DNA of 64,000 nucleotides from assembly GCF_009914755.1 (NCBI RefSeq), contig NC_060926.1. One strand, given 5' to 3'. Source of the stretch: the human T2T-CHM13v2.0 reference genome, Homo sapiens. The translations under genes and the position numbers were made by a program. The notes below the pieces were generated by a model. It made no database searches, was not told the DNA's origin, and worked only from the letters and a program-made list of their open reading frames with translations. Positions 13,021 to 25,338 of the stretch are shown here, in pieces (the stretch's first letter is position 1; each line of letters opens with the position of its first letter).

Positions 13021-13974
13021 GAGAGTTGTACAATTATCACCACGGTCAATTCTAGAACATTTTCACATGCTCAGAGGACCCCTGTGCCCATGAGTAGTAA
13101 CTTGCCATTTCCCCTAACTCCCCGGCTCAGCCACTAAGTTACTTTCTGTCTCTATATGGTATGTGGTCCTCTGTGACCGGAAGCTTTCATTTAAAATAAT
13201 GTTTTCAAGATCTATCCCTGTTACCGTGTGCACAACACTTGAGTGGTTGTTCTTTTTATGTATACACCACATTTAATGTGTCCATTCATAAGTTGACGGG
13301 CATGTGGGTTGCTTCCACTTTCTGGCTCTGCTGAACAGTGTTGCTATGAATATTCATGTGCAGGCTTCTGTGGACCTGTTTTCCTTTCTCTTGGGTATAT
13401 ATCTAGGTGTGGAATTGCTATGCTGTATAGTAGCTCTAGGCTTAACCATCTGAGAAACCGCTGAGCTATTTTCCAACATGGCTGCACCATTTTACATTTC
13501 CCCTATCGGTGGATGAAGGTTCCAATTTATTCACATCCTTGCCAATAGTTATTATTATCCATCTCTTCCATTACAGGTATCCTAGTGGGTATGAAGTGGT
13601 GTCTTCCTAGTTTTGATTTGCACGTCTCAGGTTACTCTTGCACATTTGTGTATCTTCTTTGAAGAAAAGTGTATCAATTCTTTGCACATTTTTTATTTGA
13701 GTTATTTGTCTTTTTATTACTGAGTTACAAAAGTTCTTTATATATTCTAGATGCAAGTCCTCTATGCAAAGTATGATTTGCAAATATTTTCTCCTATTCT
13801 GTGCGTTGTCTTTTTATTTTTTTGATTCACAAAATTTCTTGAAGAACAAAAATTTTACATTTTGTTGGAGTCCAATTTATCTATGCTATCTTTTGTTGTT
13901 TATGTACTGTCAATAGCTGAGATTTTGAGAAGGATTGCATTAGAGCTGTAGATCAATTTGGGGAATATTGCCAT

Positions 13975-14373
13975 TGTATCAGTTAGTGTTCCACCAGAGA
14001 AAGAATCAGCAGAATGTTTGTTTATTTGCAGGAATTAGCTTAGCAGTTTTGAAGGCTGGCTAGGCAAGTTTGAAATCCATAGAGTAGGTTGCCAATCACA
14101 AGAGGCTAGGACTTCTGGGCACAAGCAGAAGCTGCTGTCCATAGGCAAAAGTTTTTCTTCTTCAGAGAACCTTCAATTTTCCTGTCAAAGCTTTTCAACT
14201 GATCAGATCAGGTCTATTCATATTATCTAGTGTATGCTCCATTACTTAAAGTCAACTGACTATGGAACTCAGTCACATCTAAAATGCCTTCACAGCAACA
14301 TCAAGGTTAGTATTTAATTGAATATCTAGGGACTGTAGGCTAGCTAAGTTGACATGTAAGACTAACCACCCCT
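13975..14373 (-). mobile_element. MLT2C/D-like (ERVL) solo LTR inside L1
   Basis: Starts 'tgtatcagttagtgttccaccagagaaag' and ends 'ccttcacagcaacatc...ggctagctaagttgacatgtaagactaaccacc'. Degenerate 5-bp TSD gccat/gtcat. Confidence 0.75.
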
Positions 14374-15001
14374 GTCATTTTGCCAATAATATGTCTTCTG
14401 ATCCATGAACATGGTATATCTTTCCATTTATTTGAATGTTTTTCATTTCTTTAAACAGTTTTGTAATATTCAGATTACAGAGTATGTGAGAGTATAAGTT
14501 TGGTACTTCTTTGATAAATTTATTCCTAAGTATATATTCTTTTTTATAATATTTTAAATGGATTTGTTTTGTTAATTCTATTTTCAGATTGTTTATTGCT
14601 GGTGTCTACAATTGATTTTTGTAAATTGATATTTTATTCTCCAGCCTCACTGTGATATTAGTTCTAACAGTTTTTTGTAGATTCCTTAGGATTTTCTATA
14701 TATTATGCCATTCTTAAATGTGTTTGCAATATATTAATTTTTGAAGAACATGTAAACATAATCCAAACCATTATGCCTTTCTCATTATGTCTTAGTTTAG
14801 CATTACAAAAAATAAAGTAAAATAGATCACTCTTTACTAATAATTTTATTTTGTTTTAAATGAAAATTCACAATATGGTATTAAAATATAAGGTAATCTA
14901 AGTACCTAGGCACATAATAAATATATTATTTATTCAGTTATCAACTTCTATTAGCTACTGCTCAATCTAATTCATTATCTTTTTTCTTTTTCTTTGTTTA
15001 G

Positions 15002-15127
15002 GGGAAAGCTGCCACTTCTGCAAATTGTCCTCCTCTTAAGACAGTCTCTTTTGTGACTGCCTTCTGTTCATCTCAAAGAAAGAGCCCAGCACACGGCACC
15101 TTGTTTTCACAGGCAGAATCTGCTTCT
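15002..15127 (+). other. Candidate 126-nt spliced exon (host transcript unknown)
   Basis: CTAAT branch motif at 14967-14971, a long T-rich tract, and tag ending at 15001. Donor TCT|GTGAGT at 15128. No transcript evidence available. Confidence 0.4.
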
Positions 15128-15329
15128 GTGAGTTTTTTGGGTTTCCTTGGCCTCCTACAAGCCAGTGTGTGTGAGTTCACATCTCTTATCCCTACATGGT
15201 CAATAGTCCTTGAAGGCATCTCCTTGATGTTTTCTGCTCCTTTGCTTGTGTTCCCTTTCCTCCTCCATTGTGACTGCTCTGTAGGACCTTCCTCCTGTCC
15301 TGGAGCTCCTGGGGCTCACACCTGTGACC

Positions 15330-16140
15330 TCTCACCACAGCCACAGCTCCAGGTGATGCCCACATGCCAGGGGCCCACCTGGACCTCCAGCTCAGGTGCT
15401 TCCTCTGAGCTCTAGACCAGAACAGCCAAATGACCTGGACATATCTTCCTGAATGTCTAAAAGGCATTGCAGACTCACTTTGCCCAAACCCAACTTGCAA
15501 ACTTCTCCTCCTAACCTCCCCGACCCCATCCAGTCTGTTATACAAGCAGAAGCCTGGGGAGGTCACTCAGTGCCCCTCCTCCTCCCCCTTCAGTTTCATT
15601 CAACCTTCAGGCCTCCCCATTGTCCCGTGATAGCTCACAGTCTGCTGCCTCCTGCCAGCCCCTCCTCCTCCTTTGTCCCTGGCCACCAACACCCAGCCTG
15701 GGTGATAGCATTGGCGTCCTCACTAGGCTCCTGTGGCCCTGTCACTGACCCCAAATCTGCTCCCTACACTTCATAGTGGACTTTCAATCCACAGTGGATC
15801 CCATCACCCCCTTCTCTGGGTGGAGACACAAATCTGTGCACGGCCATCTGGGCTGGCCTGGGCCCAGCCTCACTCCCTGGCCCATGTCATACATTCCTCT
15901 GTCTGCCCTCTGCCCTCCGGCCTCCCATCCTCCTCTTTTCTCCTCAGAATCTGTGTCCTGCACCTGGGAGGCCCTTGGTTAGCTTATCCTCCTCTGCATG
16001 TTCCCCATGTCCTCCAGGGATACCATTTTCTCAAGTCAGTTCCCGTTCCAGCCCTCCTGGCCCCATAGCTTCTGCTTCAAACCATTTCCTACAATGTGAC
16101 TGCAGCAAGTTGGTGAATGTGAAGATACCCAGGCTTGAAT
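15330..16140 (+). mobile_element. L2 LINE fragments
   Basis: 'cctctgagctctagacc...ctggacatatcttcctgaatgtctaaaaggcattgcagactca...ccaaacccaacttgc' and the following pyrimidine-rich L2-like text. Confidence 0.6.
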
Positions 16141-16734
16141 CTGATGAGTGTGAGACCCCCAGCCAATGCAGCACACCAAGGGTGTAGCCACTCAGGATAG
16201 AAGAGGTGACAACGGCATCTGGGAGACATCTGTCAAGAGGTCTCAAGGCCAAGGTGTGCACTGGCTCTTGCCCCACAGCAGAGTGAGGGCTGCCCCCCCC
16301 AAGACCTGACAAGGATTAGTGTCTACCTATCCACAGTGTGTGGCGCCATGGTTGGCAGTGGGGGTAGGGGGCACAAAGTCCTGCCAGGAAAGCACTGGTG
16401 AGAGCTCAGGCGAGGGGCCGCTGGCTTGAGACAGCTCCTCTGTGTGTGCAGAGCACACATGTGGGTGCATCCCACTAAGTTCCAGAAGGAAGGGAGAGCC
16501 TCTGCAGCCACCACCGAGCCTGCCTGGGGTTGCAGGGTGCTGTGCAGGGTGGGATTCTCCCACATTAAGAGGGAGGGGTGCCCAGTGTCCAGCCAAAGCA
16601 GGGGTGCAGCCTGGGCCACGAGCCTCTGTCGAGGTCCCTGCATGGTCCTCCGGAGAACCTGAGTGGGGCTGCAAACTGCACCCATGTCACTCAGCACATG
16701 GAGCTGAGAGCCAGAGGCAACCATGAGTGGGTCA

Positions 16735-17010
16735 TGCACTTCCCTGCCACTGCTCTAACAAATGCCCAGAACCCAATGGCTTAGAAGTACAGCAATTTAT
16801 TCTCTTACCTTTCTAGAGGCAAGAAATTTGAAATGGGACTCACAGGGCTAAAGTCAAGGTGGCTCCTTCTGAAGGCATCCGTGGGGAATCCGCTCCTTTC
16901 CTCTTTCCACTTCTTTCTGGCAGCTTCTGCACTTCTGGGCTTGTGGCCACTTCACTCAGGTCCTTGCTCAAGTCACAGGTGGCTGCTCCCCTCTGACCTC
17001 TGCCTCCCTC
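16735..17010 (-). mobile_element. MLT1D-like MaLR LTR fragment
   Basis: 'ctgctctaacaaatgccc...tggcttagaagtacagcaatttattctctta...gaaatgggactcacagggctaaagtcaaggt'. Confidence 0.7.
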
Positions 17011-17014
17011 TGGT

Positions 17015-17125
17015 TCTTTTAATTGGAGATGGTGTTAGAAACCAAGATCTGAACACTGGGTGTGCTCACTGCTACTGCAGTGTCATTGCTCTTGGTCCTC
17101 TCAGCAGACAGAGCAAAGGGCAGTG
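17015..17125 (-). mobile_element. L1MC/MD 3'UTR fragment
   Basis: 'ttagaaaccaagatctgaacactgggtgtgctcactgctactg...ctctcagcagacagagc'. Confidence 0.6.
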
Positions 17126-19083
17126 GGCATCTCCAGTCGTCTTGGGGGAAGCAGCTGCCTTGTCCCTAGAAATTGAATAAATGTGATGACATGACAAAAC
17201 ACCTGCAGAACCCCAGGTACGTGGTAGGTGATCACAGAGGGAAGAGTGTTATCGGAGACAAGCCCCAGGAATAACTGAGGGTAAATCAGCCTAACATGGA
17301 AGTTAGAAAATATTCTGAGTGAGCAAAAATTAAGAAGGTGCTATTTCTCAGCCTTCTGGCATTGTCTGTATTTGCACGTGTGTATGTGTGTGAATGTGTC
17401 TGGGAATGTACTGTTGTACTATCTGCGAGGTGCTGATATGTCAAGAACATTTCCCCATTTCTTGAACCCTTCACACGATTTTTAATGGCCGTATACTAGT
17501 CCATGGAATTGGTACAGCTGGATTTAACTGTCTCTTGATGGGGCATTTAAGCTCTTCCCAGATTTGGTTGTGATTGTTGTGGGTGGTTGTTTTGGCCATT
17601 CTGCCTTAGACCCTGAGGACTTTATTGTACTAAAGTTGTGTCTGCTTCTTTGGTTATTTTCTCAGCACATATTTCTAAAAACAGCAATGCCAGGTCAAAA
17701 ACCTGTACCTTGTCTCTGCCCTTGGTTTCTGTGGCCAAGTTTCTCTTGGGAAGCTGTGTCCGTTTCCCTGTCTACACAGGGCAGGAGGGTTCCCACTTCA
17801 GTGCTGCTTCACGAGCAGGAATTCAGTCTTCCAGTTATTTCTAGCAATGGAATAGATTTAAAAAGTATTATTCATTTTTGTGTGTTACTTTGTGTTTATT
17901 TAACTTTTCGTGACATTAAAATTGCTTTGATATGTTTAGGGCCGCTTATTCATGTCCTCTGCTCTTTTACTGTTGGGACCTTTTTTCTTACTGCTTTACA
18001 AAAGGGAATCAATGTTAAAGGTACAGAAATAAGAAATTTGAGAAAATATCTAGGCTGAATGTTCACATATATTAAATGTTTTTGAAACAAGGCAAGAAAG
18101 AAGACCATGTAATACAAAAAAAAATTGCCTTCCCATTAACTCATTCCCCTTTCATTTCAAAGTCAGGCAGGAAGTAAATGAAATAAAGACAAGTTAAAGA
18201 AAAAGAGCAGTGACAGCATTAACATCTGTATCCGACATGGTCAGGTTCAATGCAGAGGAAGATGGTGTCAGCGATGGAGACCAGGCTTCCCAAGATCTCA
18301 TGGCAAAGAGCTAGTTTCTTCCTCCGATCTGCTGAGGACCAACACTTTTGCAAAATTCAGTAGAAATGGTACAACAAAGTTGAATTGCTACAACAAAGTT
18401 TCTAAACAGTGTACATTATTAAACTTAACTCATGGCAGGCCCCAACAGGTGGTCTGTGGCCCGGGCCAGCCTGTGGACCGCACTCTGTTGCTTTGGAGGA
18501 AAATGTGAGATGCTCCCTTGAGCTCAGAGTAGGGGAGACCCTGGACCCAGAATTCAGAGCACTGGGGTGTCTCAGAACCCAGAATGCAGAGCAGGGGGGT
18601 GGTCCTGGATCCAGAACACAGATCCGGGCCTGTAGATGCAGATGACAATGCCAGGGCTTCCAAAGTAGACCCACTGCAGAGACACTAACAACATGGTGGG
18701 AATGGGGTGGCGGCCTCAAAAGAGAATTCATACTGGATGCTTTTGGGACGTCTGGTCAACCAAACCTAAGCGCTCTCCTTCACATCCCAGCCCAAAATAC
18801 CTTCCAGGTGAATTACCGAGATCACTGTGAAAATGGGGACATGCATCAACTAGAAGTAACTACAGGCAAGTTCCTCATCTCATCCTATTGTTGAAAAACT
18901 AATAAGAAAATAATGAATAAGTTTGACTGCATAAACACAAAAATCCTGCATATCACAACACAAGAAACACAAAGAAAGGTAAATCAATGAAGAAAATCTC
19001 CCATCAGACCCTCCAAGGTGCAAGCAAGCAGGATGCTCTAAGGATGCTGGGCGGCATGCTTTCACTTAAAAGGTCAGAATCTA

Positions 19084-19352
<269 letters not shown>

Positions 19353-20289
19353 GTCAGAATCTAAGTGTCGGCCCGCAGGGGCAGGGGCAGCCACTCAGAC
19401 ATGCTCCTGTGCTCCCTGCTGCTGGTCTCCCCCAGGTCGTTGTCAGGCTCACTCAGCCACTGCCCCTCCCCTGCCAGCCCAGAAGAGAGACTATGCCTGG
19501 CACCTGGTCAGACAGTGTAGCCCCCGTGGACCCACCAGCAGCCCCTCTCTCCCTTCCCGGCGTCAGTTTCTCCATGGTACTGGTTCTGAGGCAACACTGT
19601 TGCTTTGCTCATCTGCGGGTTTGCTGCCTGCCTCTCCCCTAGATGTGGAGCTGCCGGGGCAGTCTGCTTGCACTGCCGTGAACAGTGCTTCCCTGGTCCT
19701 GGGGGTGCCCAGCGCAGAGTGTGTTTGTTGGGGACACAAGCAGCACCTGAGCACTCATCTGGGGTGCAGGCCTATATTGGGTCACAGCTCACAGTCAGGA
19801 GCACTGGCTGTCCTGCATCTTACTCTGAAAGGAGCTGCAGGGCCGTGGAATCAAAAGGCTAGGGAAGAGTCGGCCTCCGTAATGCCAGCCGGCTCCGGCC
19901 TCTGCATTCCCTTCCCTGCACTCGCCCAGCATCAGCCCCGCAATCCTCCCACAGAGATTTTTCACCAGGTTTCCTAGCCCTGGAAGCCAGATCCAGGAGG
20001 CCACAGCAGAGCAGGTCCCCGAGAATGGTCCTCAGGTTGGCCCTTCTGCTCCCCTGGACCAGGGGCGAAGGCCCCGCTGGGCTGGCTTTTTGCAGGTGTT
20101 TCGTATTCACCTTGGCGGGCATTCTGGGTACGGGACACATTTGCTCACATGCACAGTTTGCCTGCTGTTGTGTTGCCGGACAGAGGGTGGTGCCTGCTGG
20201 CCGTGCCGTCTCTCCACAGGGAGTGACCACAGAGCTGGTGCTGGGGACCAGGCAGGCCGAGTCTAGATGCTGCTCTCCCACCTTGAGAT

Positions 20290-20532
20290 TGTGTGTGTGT
20301 GTGTGCAGATGTGTGTGAGAGTGTGTATATGTGTGTATTTCTGTATGCATGTATGTGTATATGTGTGAGAGGGTGTTTGTGTGTGTGTGTTTCTGTGTGC
20401 CTGTGTGTATATGTGTGTGAGAGTGCGTGTATATGCGTGTGTATGTTGGTTCAGTGTGCATGTGTGTATGTATGTGAGTGTGTGTGTATGTGTGTGTTTG
20501 TGTGTGCATATGTGTGAGGGTGTGCGTGTGTG
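20290..20532. repeat. Degenerate (TG)n tract
   Basis: TG/TA/CG alternating purine-pyrimidine sequence, about 240 bp. Confidence 0.95.
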
Positions 20533-21639
20533 GGGGGATAACAGAAAACATTTGGAAAGTGAGGGAAAAATCGTAAGAGTAGAAACATTTTTCTTAAAAG
20601 CAAGAGCAGCACAGACACCAAAGCCGAGAGGGAATGGGTGTTGCTCAAAGGGGTCACTGGGCACAAATGTGAGCCCATCTTATGTTATTCTCTTGGGACA
20701 TGGGGACCTGAACTGGGGGAGTTCCCGGGGACTCTCAGTGCTCCCTGCCCCAGTTACTACCTGGCCCTGCAATGTTGGAATTTGTGAACAGGGTTTCAGT
20801 GAGGAGCAAACAACCAGTGTGAGATCTAAAACCCTCTGGGCTGGACGACCACTACGGGAGAGCTTGTTGAAGAAGGAGGTTCCAGCCTCTCAAGGGCCTT
20901 AGAACACAGGCCCTGCAAAGCCTGGCAAACCTAGAGGACCCTGTGTCTGGCTTTCCTGAAAGGATCACAGTTTCGTAAGCAAAGAGCTGACATTCACTGG
21001 CCAAGGGCTCACTGTCGTTCCTGTGAATGTCACGTCTAATTCCATGATCCGTCATGCGGAAGGTTTTGACCCCGGCCAGCGGTTCCTCCAGTGACGCTGA
21101 ACTTGACCAGATGTGAGTGGGCACTCCGCCCACTTCCCTGAAAACACATCAGATCAAATTTCACAGCCCCGCTGTTACTTGTTAATTCTGTTTTTGATTT
21201 GTGGCTCTTATTTGACTTTCAGATGAACTTAATAATTGCTTTAAAAGGAGAATTGGAAACACCACACAAGTGGCTTTGTGTTGCTCCAGGCCATCCCAGG
21301 CTTTGGAGTTCTTCTTTCCAGAGCCACGGGTGTGTTTTGAATCACAGCTGCCTGCCTGGCCTGCCAAGTGGTGGTTCTGAGCTGAGAGAGAGACCTTCTC
21401 TCTCACTTTCTTGGTGCCACATAAGCAGGGCAGCTGCTCTGCAAGAAAGGGGCACAGCCGTTCACAGTCACACCGAAGTGTTTCTGGCAGCACGTGAACT
21501 TGACATCCCTGGGCCCAGTGTCTTGCTTTCTGGGATTTTTTTTCTTTTCAGGGAGAAGGAGACGCAGGCACAGCCCACATCCTCAAGCCCACATCCTGGC
21601 TCTTCCACACCAGGCACCTGAGAAGTTCAACTCACACCC

Positions 21640-21790
21640 AAGTTCCACCTGAGCTGGGCTGGTGGTCAGGGCCTGGAGTGAGGAACGGGCTCTGAGTCAG
21701 AACTCGTGGGTTCCCCACATGCCCCTGACTCGTCCCAGGTGCCCTATGCTGTCTGAACCTCAGTTTCCTCATCTGTAAAACTGAGATCTC
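21640..21790 (+). mobile_element. MIR fragment
   Basis: 'ctgaacctcagtttcctcatctgtaaaa' is the MIR core. Confidence 0.7.
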
Positions 21791-22862
21791 TCAGCACGGA
21801 GACAGCCCATGGATGGGGGTGGCAGTGCCTGGCAGATTGCAAGCTTTTAATCAACACTAGCAAATAAAAACAAGAATGATGATGGCAGTAATTGACATTT
21901 AGACATGCTGTGATGTTGCCAGTACAGTGCTACCCTCTGACCACTACAGCAGACCCCTGAGGACGTGGGCGATGCATCCTGTTCCGCGCAAGGACACCGA
22001 GCTGGGCCAGGTAACAACTCGTCCTGGGCCACGGGTGGGCGGGCGGCAAGGCAGGATCAATGCTGAATGTTTGCAGCTGGGCCCAGCTGACTATCGCTGC
22101 GGACCCTCAGGCTTCTCTCACTGCCTCCCAGAGGCGCAGGCCTGAACTGATGCCTGGGGAGCTGTGTGAGGTGTGCGGCCCCAGGACGTCAGGGCCTGTG
22201 AGACCGGGCACCGCGGCTCCACCATTTCGTGGGTTAGGGCGTGCCACACAGCACCACCGGCAAGGGCGCGAGGGGGCCGAGGAAGGCAGCTGTCTCCACA
22301 GGAAAGGTGGCTTTTCTGGATGATGTTATGTTTTGTTTTCCACATAAATTAAAATACAGGTGGGAGAGGATTGAGCTAGGTGAGATGATTTGCTGAGGTC
22401 ACACAGATGTAAACAGCAGGGCCAGGATTGAACAGGAATCTTTCTAGCCCTAAAGCACATTTCGAAGACGTTAAGATGCCCTCAATTTAAAGACAGAGCC
22501 CTGAGTATTTTCCAGGGAAAAAAAATTCCCAAACAGAAACATGACTACATGAACTACACACACTATCTGAAGACACATCAGAAGATCTGAAAACAGGAAG
22601 AAAAGGATTTGCGACTTCCAGCTGGGAAAACGGGATGGATATATGTGTGGCATAGAGACATTTGCCTATACTCAGCCATCTCCCTTCTCCTGGCCCTGCC
22701 ACTGCCTGGGACGGGTACTGAAAGAACCCCAGGATCTCAGCTTAGGCAAAGTTACATTAATTAGAAGTGCTTGGGCAGGGAAGAGTGGAGGAAAGGCCGT
22801 GAACTTGGAGGGGGGAAGCAAAGGTTTTGTGAGAGCTGTACTCAGAGCAGCCAGCTGGGTGC

Positions 22863-24505
22863 CCATTCATCCAGGTGACTGTCCATCCAGGTGACCATCC
22901 ATCCAGGTGACGGTCTAGCTGGTTGACAATCCATCCAGGTGACTGTCTAGTCGGGTGACCATCTATCCAGGTGACCATCCATCCAGGTGACTGTCTAGCC
23001 AGGTGACCATTCATCCAGGTGACTGTCCATCCAGGTGACCATCCATCCAGGTGACGGTCTAGCTGGTTGACAATCCATTCAGGTGACTGTCTAGCCGGGT
23101 GACCATCTATCCAGGTGACCATCCATCCAGGTGACTGTATAGCCGGGTGACCATCTATCCAGATAACCATCCATCCAGGTGACTGTCTAGCCAGGCGACC
23201 ATCTATCCAGGTGACCATCCATCCAGGTGACTGTCTAGTCATGTGACCATCAATCCAGGTGACCATCCGTCCAGGTGACTGTCCATCCAGGTGACCATCC
23301 ATCCAGGTGACCATCCATCCAGGTGACTATCTAGCTGGGTGACCATCTATCCAGGTGAACATCCATCCAGGTGACTGTCTAGCCAGGCGACCATCTGTCC
23401 AGGTGACTGTCCATCCAGGTGACTATCTAGCCAGGTGACCATCTATCCAGGTGAACATATATCCAGGTGACTGTCTAGCCGGGTGACCATCTATCCAGGT
23501 GACCATCCATCCAGGTGACTATCTAGCCGGGTGACCATCTATCCAGGTGAACATACATCCAGGTGACTGTCTAGCCGGGTGACTATCTATCCAGGTGACC
23601 ATCCATCCAGGTGACTGTCCATCCAGGTGGCCATCCATCCAGGTGACTATCTAGCCGGGTGACCATCTATCCAGGTGAACATCCATCCAGGTGACTGTAT
23701 AGCCGGGTGACCATCTATCCATGTGACCATCCATCCAGGTGACCATCCATCCAGGTGACCATCCATCCAGATGACCATCCATCCAGGTGACTGTCTGTCA
23801 GGTGACCATCCATCCAGGTGACTGTCTAGCCAGGCTACCATCTATCCAGGTGACCATCCGTCCAGGTGACTGTCCATCCAGGTGACCATCCATCCAGGTG
23901 ACCATCCATCCAGGTGACTATCTAGCTGGGTGACCATCTATCCAGGTGAACATCCATCCAGGCGACTGTCTAGCTGGGTGACCATCTATCCAGGTGACCA
24001 TCCGTCCAGGTGACTGTCCATCCAGGTGACCATCCATCCAGGTGACTATCTAGCTGGGTGACCATCTATCCAGGTGACCATCCATCCAGGTGACCATCCA
24101 TCCAGGTGACTATCTAGCCGGGTGACCATCTATCCAGGTGACCATCCATCCAGGTGACCATCTAGCCGGGTGACCATCTATCCAGGTGAACATCCATCCA
24201 GGTGACTGTCTAGCCAGGTGACCATCTATCCAGGTGACCATCCGTCCAGGTGACCGTCCATCCAGGTGGCCATCCAGCTGGGTGACTGTCCATCCAGGTG
24301 ACCATCCATCTAGGTGACCATCCATCCAGGTGACTGTCTAGATGGGTGACCATCCAGGTGACTGTCTAGCTGGCTGACCATCCATCCAGGTGTCCACCCA
24401 GCCAGGTGATTGTCTAGCGAGGTGACCATCTAGGTGACTGTCTGGCGGGGTGACCGTCTATCCAGGTGTCCGTCCATCCAGGTGACTGTCCAGTTGGGTG
24501 GCCAT
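22863..24505. repeat. 16-bp minisatellite (consensus CCATCCATCCAGGTGA), about 100 units
   Basis: Near-constant octamer ccaggtga/ccgggtga alternating with a variable octamer (ccatccat, ccatctat, ctgtctag, ctgtccat, acatccat, ctatctag). Confidence 0.98.
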
Positions 24506-25031
24506 CCCCTGCATCTATAAACCACATGAAACTGTTCACCTCATGGGGTGTCCTGAGGACACCATGAAGCCACGGACATGGGAGGATTGAACCTGAGCTG
24601 GCAGGAGTCACCTTGGGGTTTGCTCGTTGAGTCTGGATTGGGAAAAATAAGCAAAAGCAAACAAAGCACATGCACTCAGGCGGAGCTGGACTCCTTCTGC
24701 CCGGAGGGCTTGGCTGGGCAGGTCTGTAGAGTCGGAGGATGAACAAGGAGCCGCTGCTCTGCCACGGCCTCCACGGCCCTTCCTCTCCTTGCAGCCGGGC
24801 CATGCATCCCTTCCATCCCGTTCCCATTAGACACTTTAAAGTGGTTCCAGAGTTGGATTTCAGCTGTGAAACCACAGTGCCTCAACCTAGACTTCGCCCC
24901 ACGCCAGTGCCTTCTGGAAGGGAGAACGCACCGGCCCGGCCAGGGTTTCCATTCAGATTGGACTCCTGCCCTGGTCTCAGTCCTGATCCAGGATTTCAGA
25001 AAAGGAATCTGTCCCCAGAAGAACTGCAGGT

Positions 25032-25338
25032 CAGACCCTCTCGATGTGAGGCTGCCCACAACATGGGTGCTGGCATCGGGGAGGCTTGAAGGGGAGCTGG
25101 GGCATGGGCAGACCCTCTCGATGTGAGGCTGCCCGCAACAGTGGTGCTGGCATTGGGGAGGCTTGGAGGGGAGCTGAGGCATGGGCAGACCCTCTCGCTG
25201 TGAGGCTGCCCGCAATAGCGGTGCTGGCATCAGGAGGTTTGGAGGGGAACTGGGGCATGGGTGGACCCTCTCAGTGTGAGGCTGCCTGCAACAGCGGTGC
25301 TGGCATCGGGAGATTTGGAGGGGAGCTAGGACATGAGC
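25032..25338. repeat. 77-bp minisatellite, 4 diverged copies
   Basis: Units start at 25032, 25109, 25186 and 25262: 'cagaccctctcgatgtgaggctgccc...ggtgctggcatcggggaggcttggaggggagctggggcatggg'. Confidence 0.95.

Larger units (their letters stand above)
12225..14705 (-). mobile_element. Old L1 (L1MB/MC-type) interrupted by an AT-rich tract and an LTR
   Basis: 'cagcttcattgagatatgttcatatatcgtacaattcactcac', 'gagttgtacaattatcaccacggtcaattctagaacattt', 'tgttgctatgaatattcatgtgcagg' and 'ggattgcattagagctgtagatcaatttgggga'. Confidence 0.8.

Noticed and set aside
22863-24505. CRISPR-like alternation of constant and variable blocks
   Set aside because: The blocks are only 8 bp, the variable parts come from a handful of related octamers, there are no cas genes, and the context is primate.
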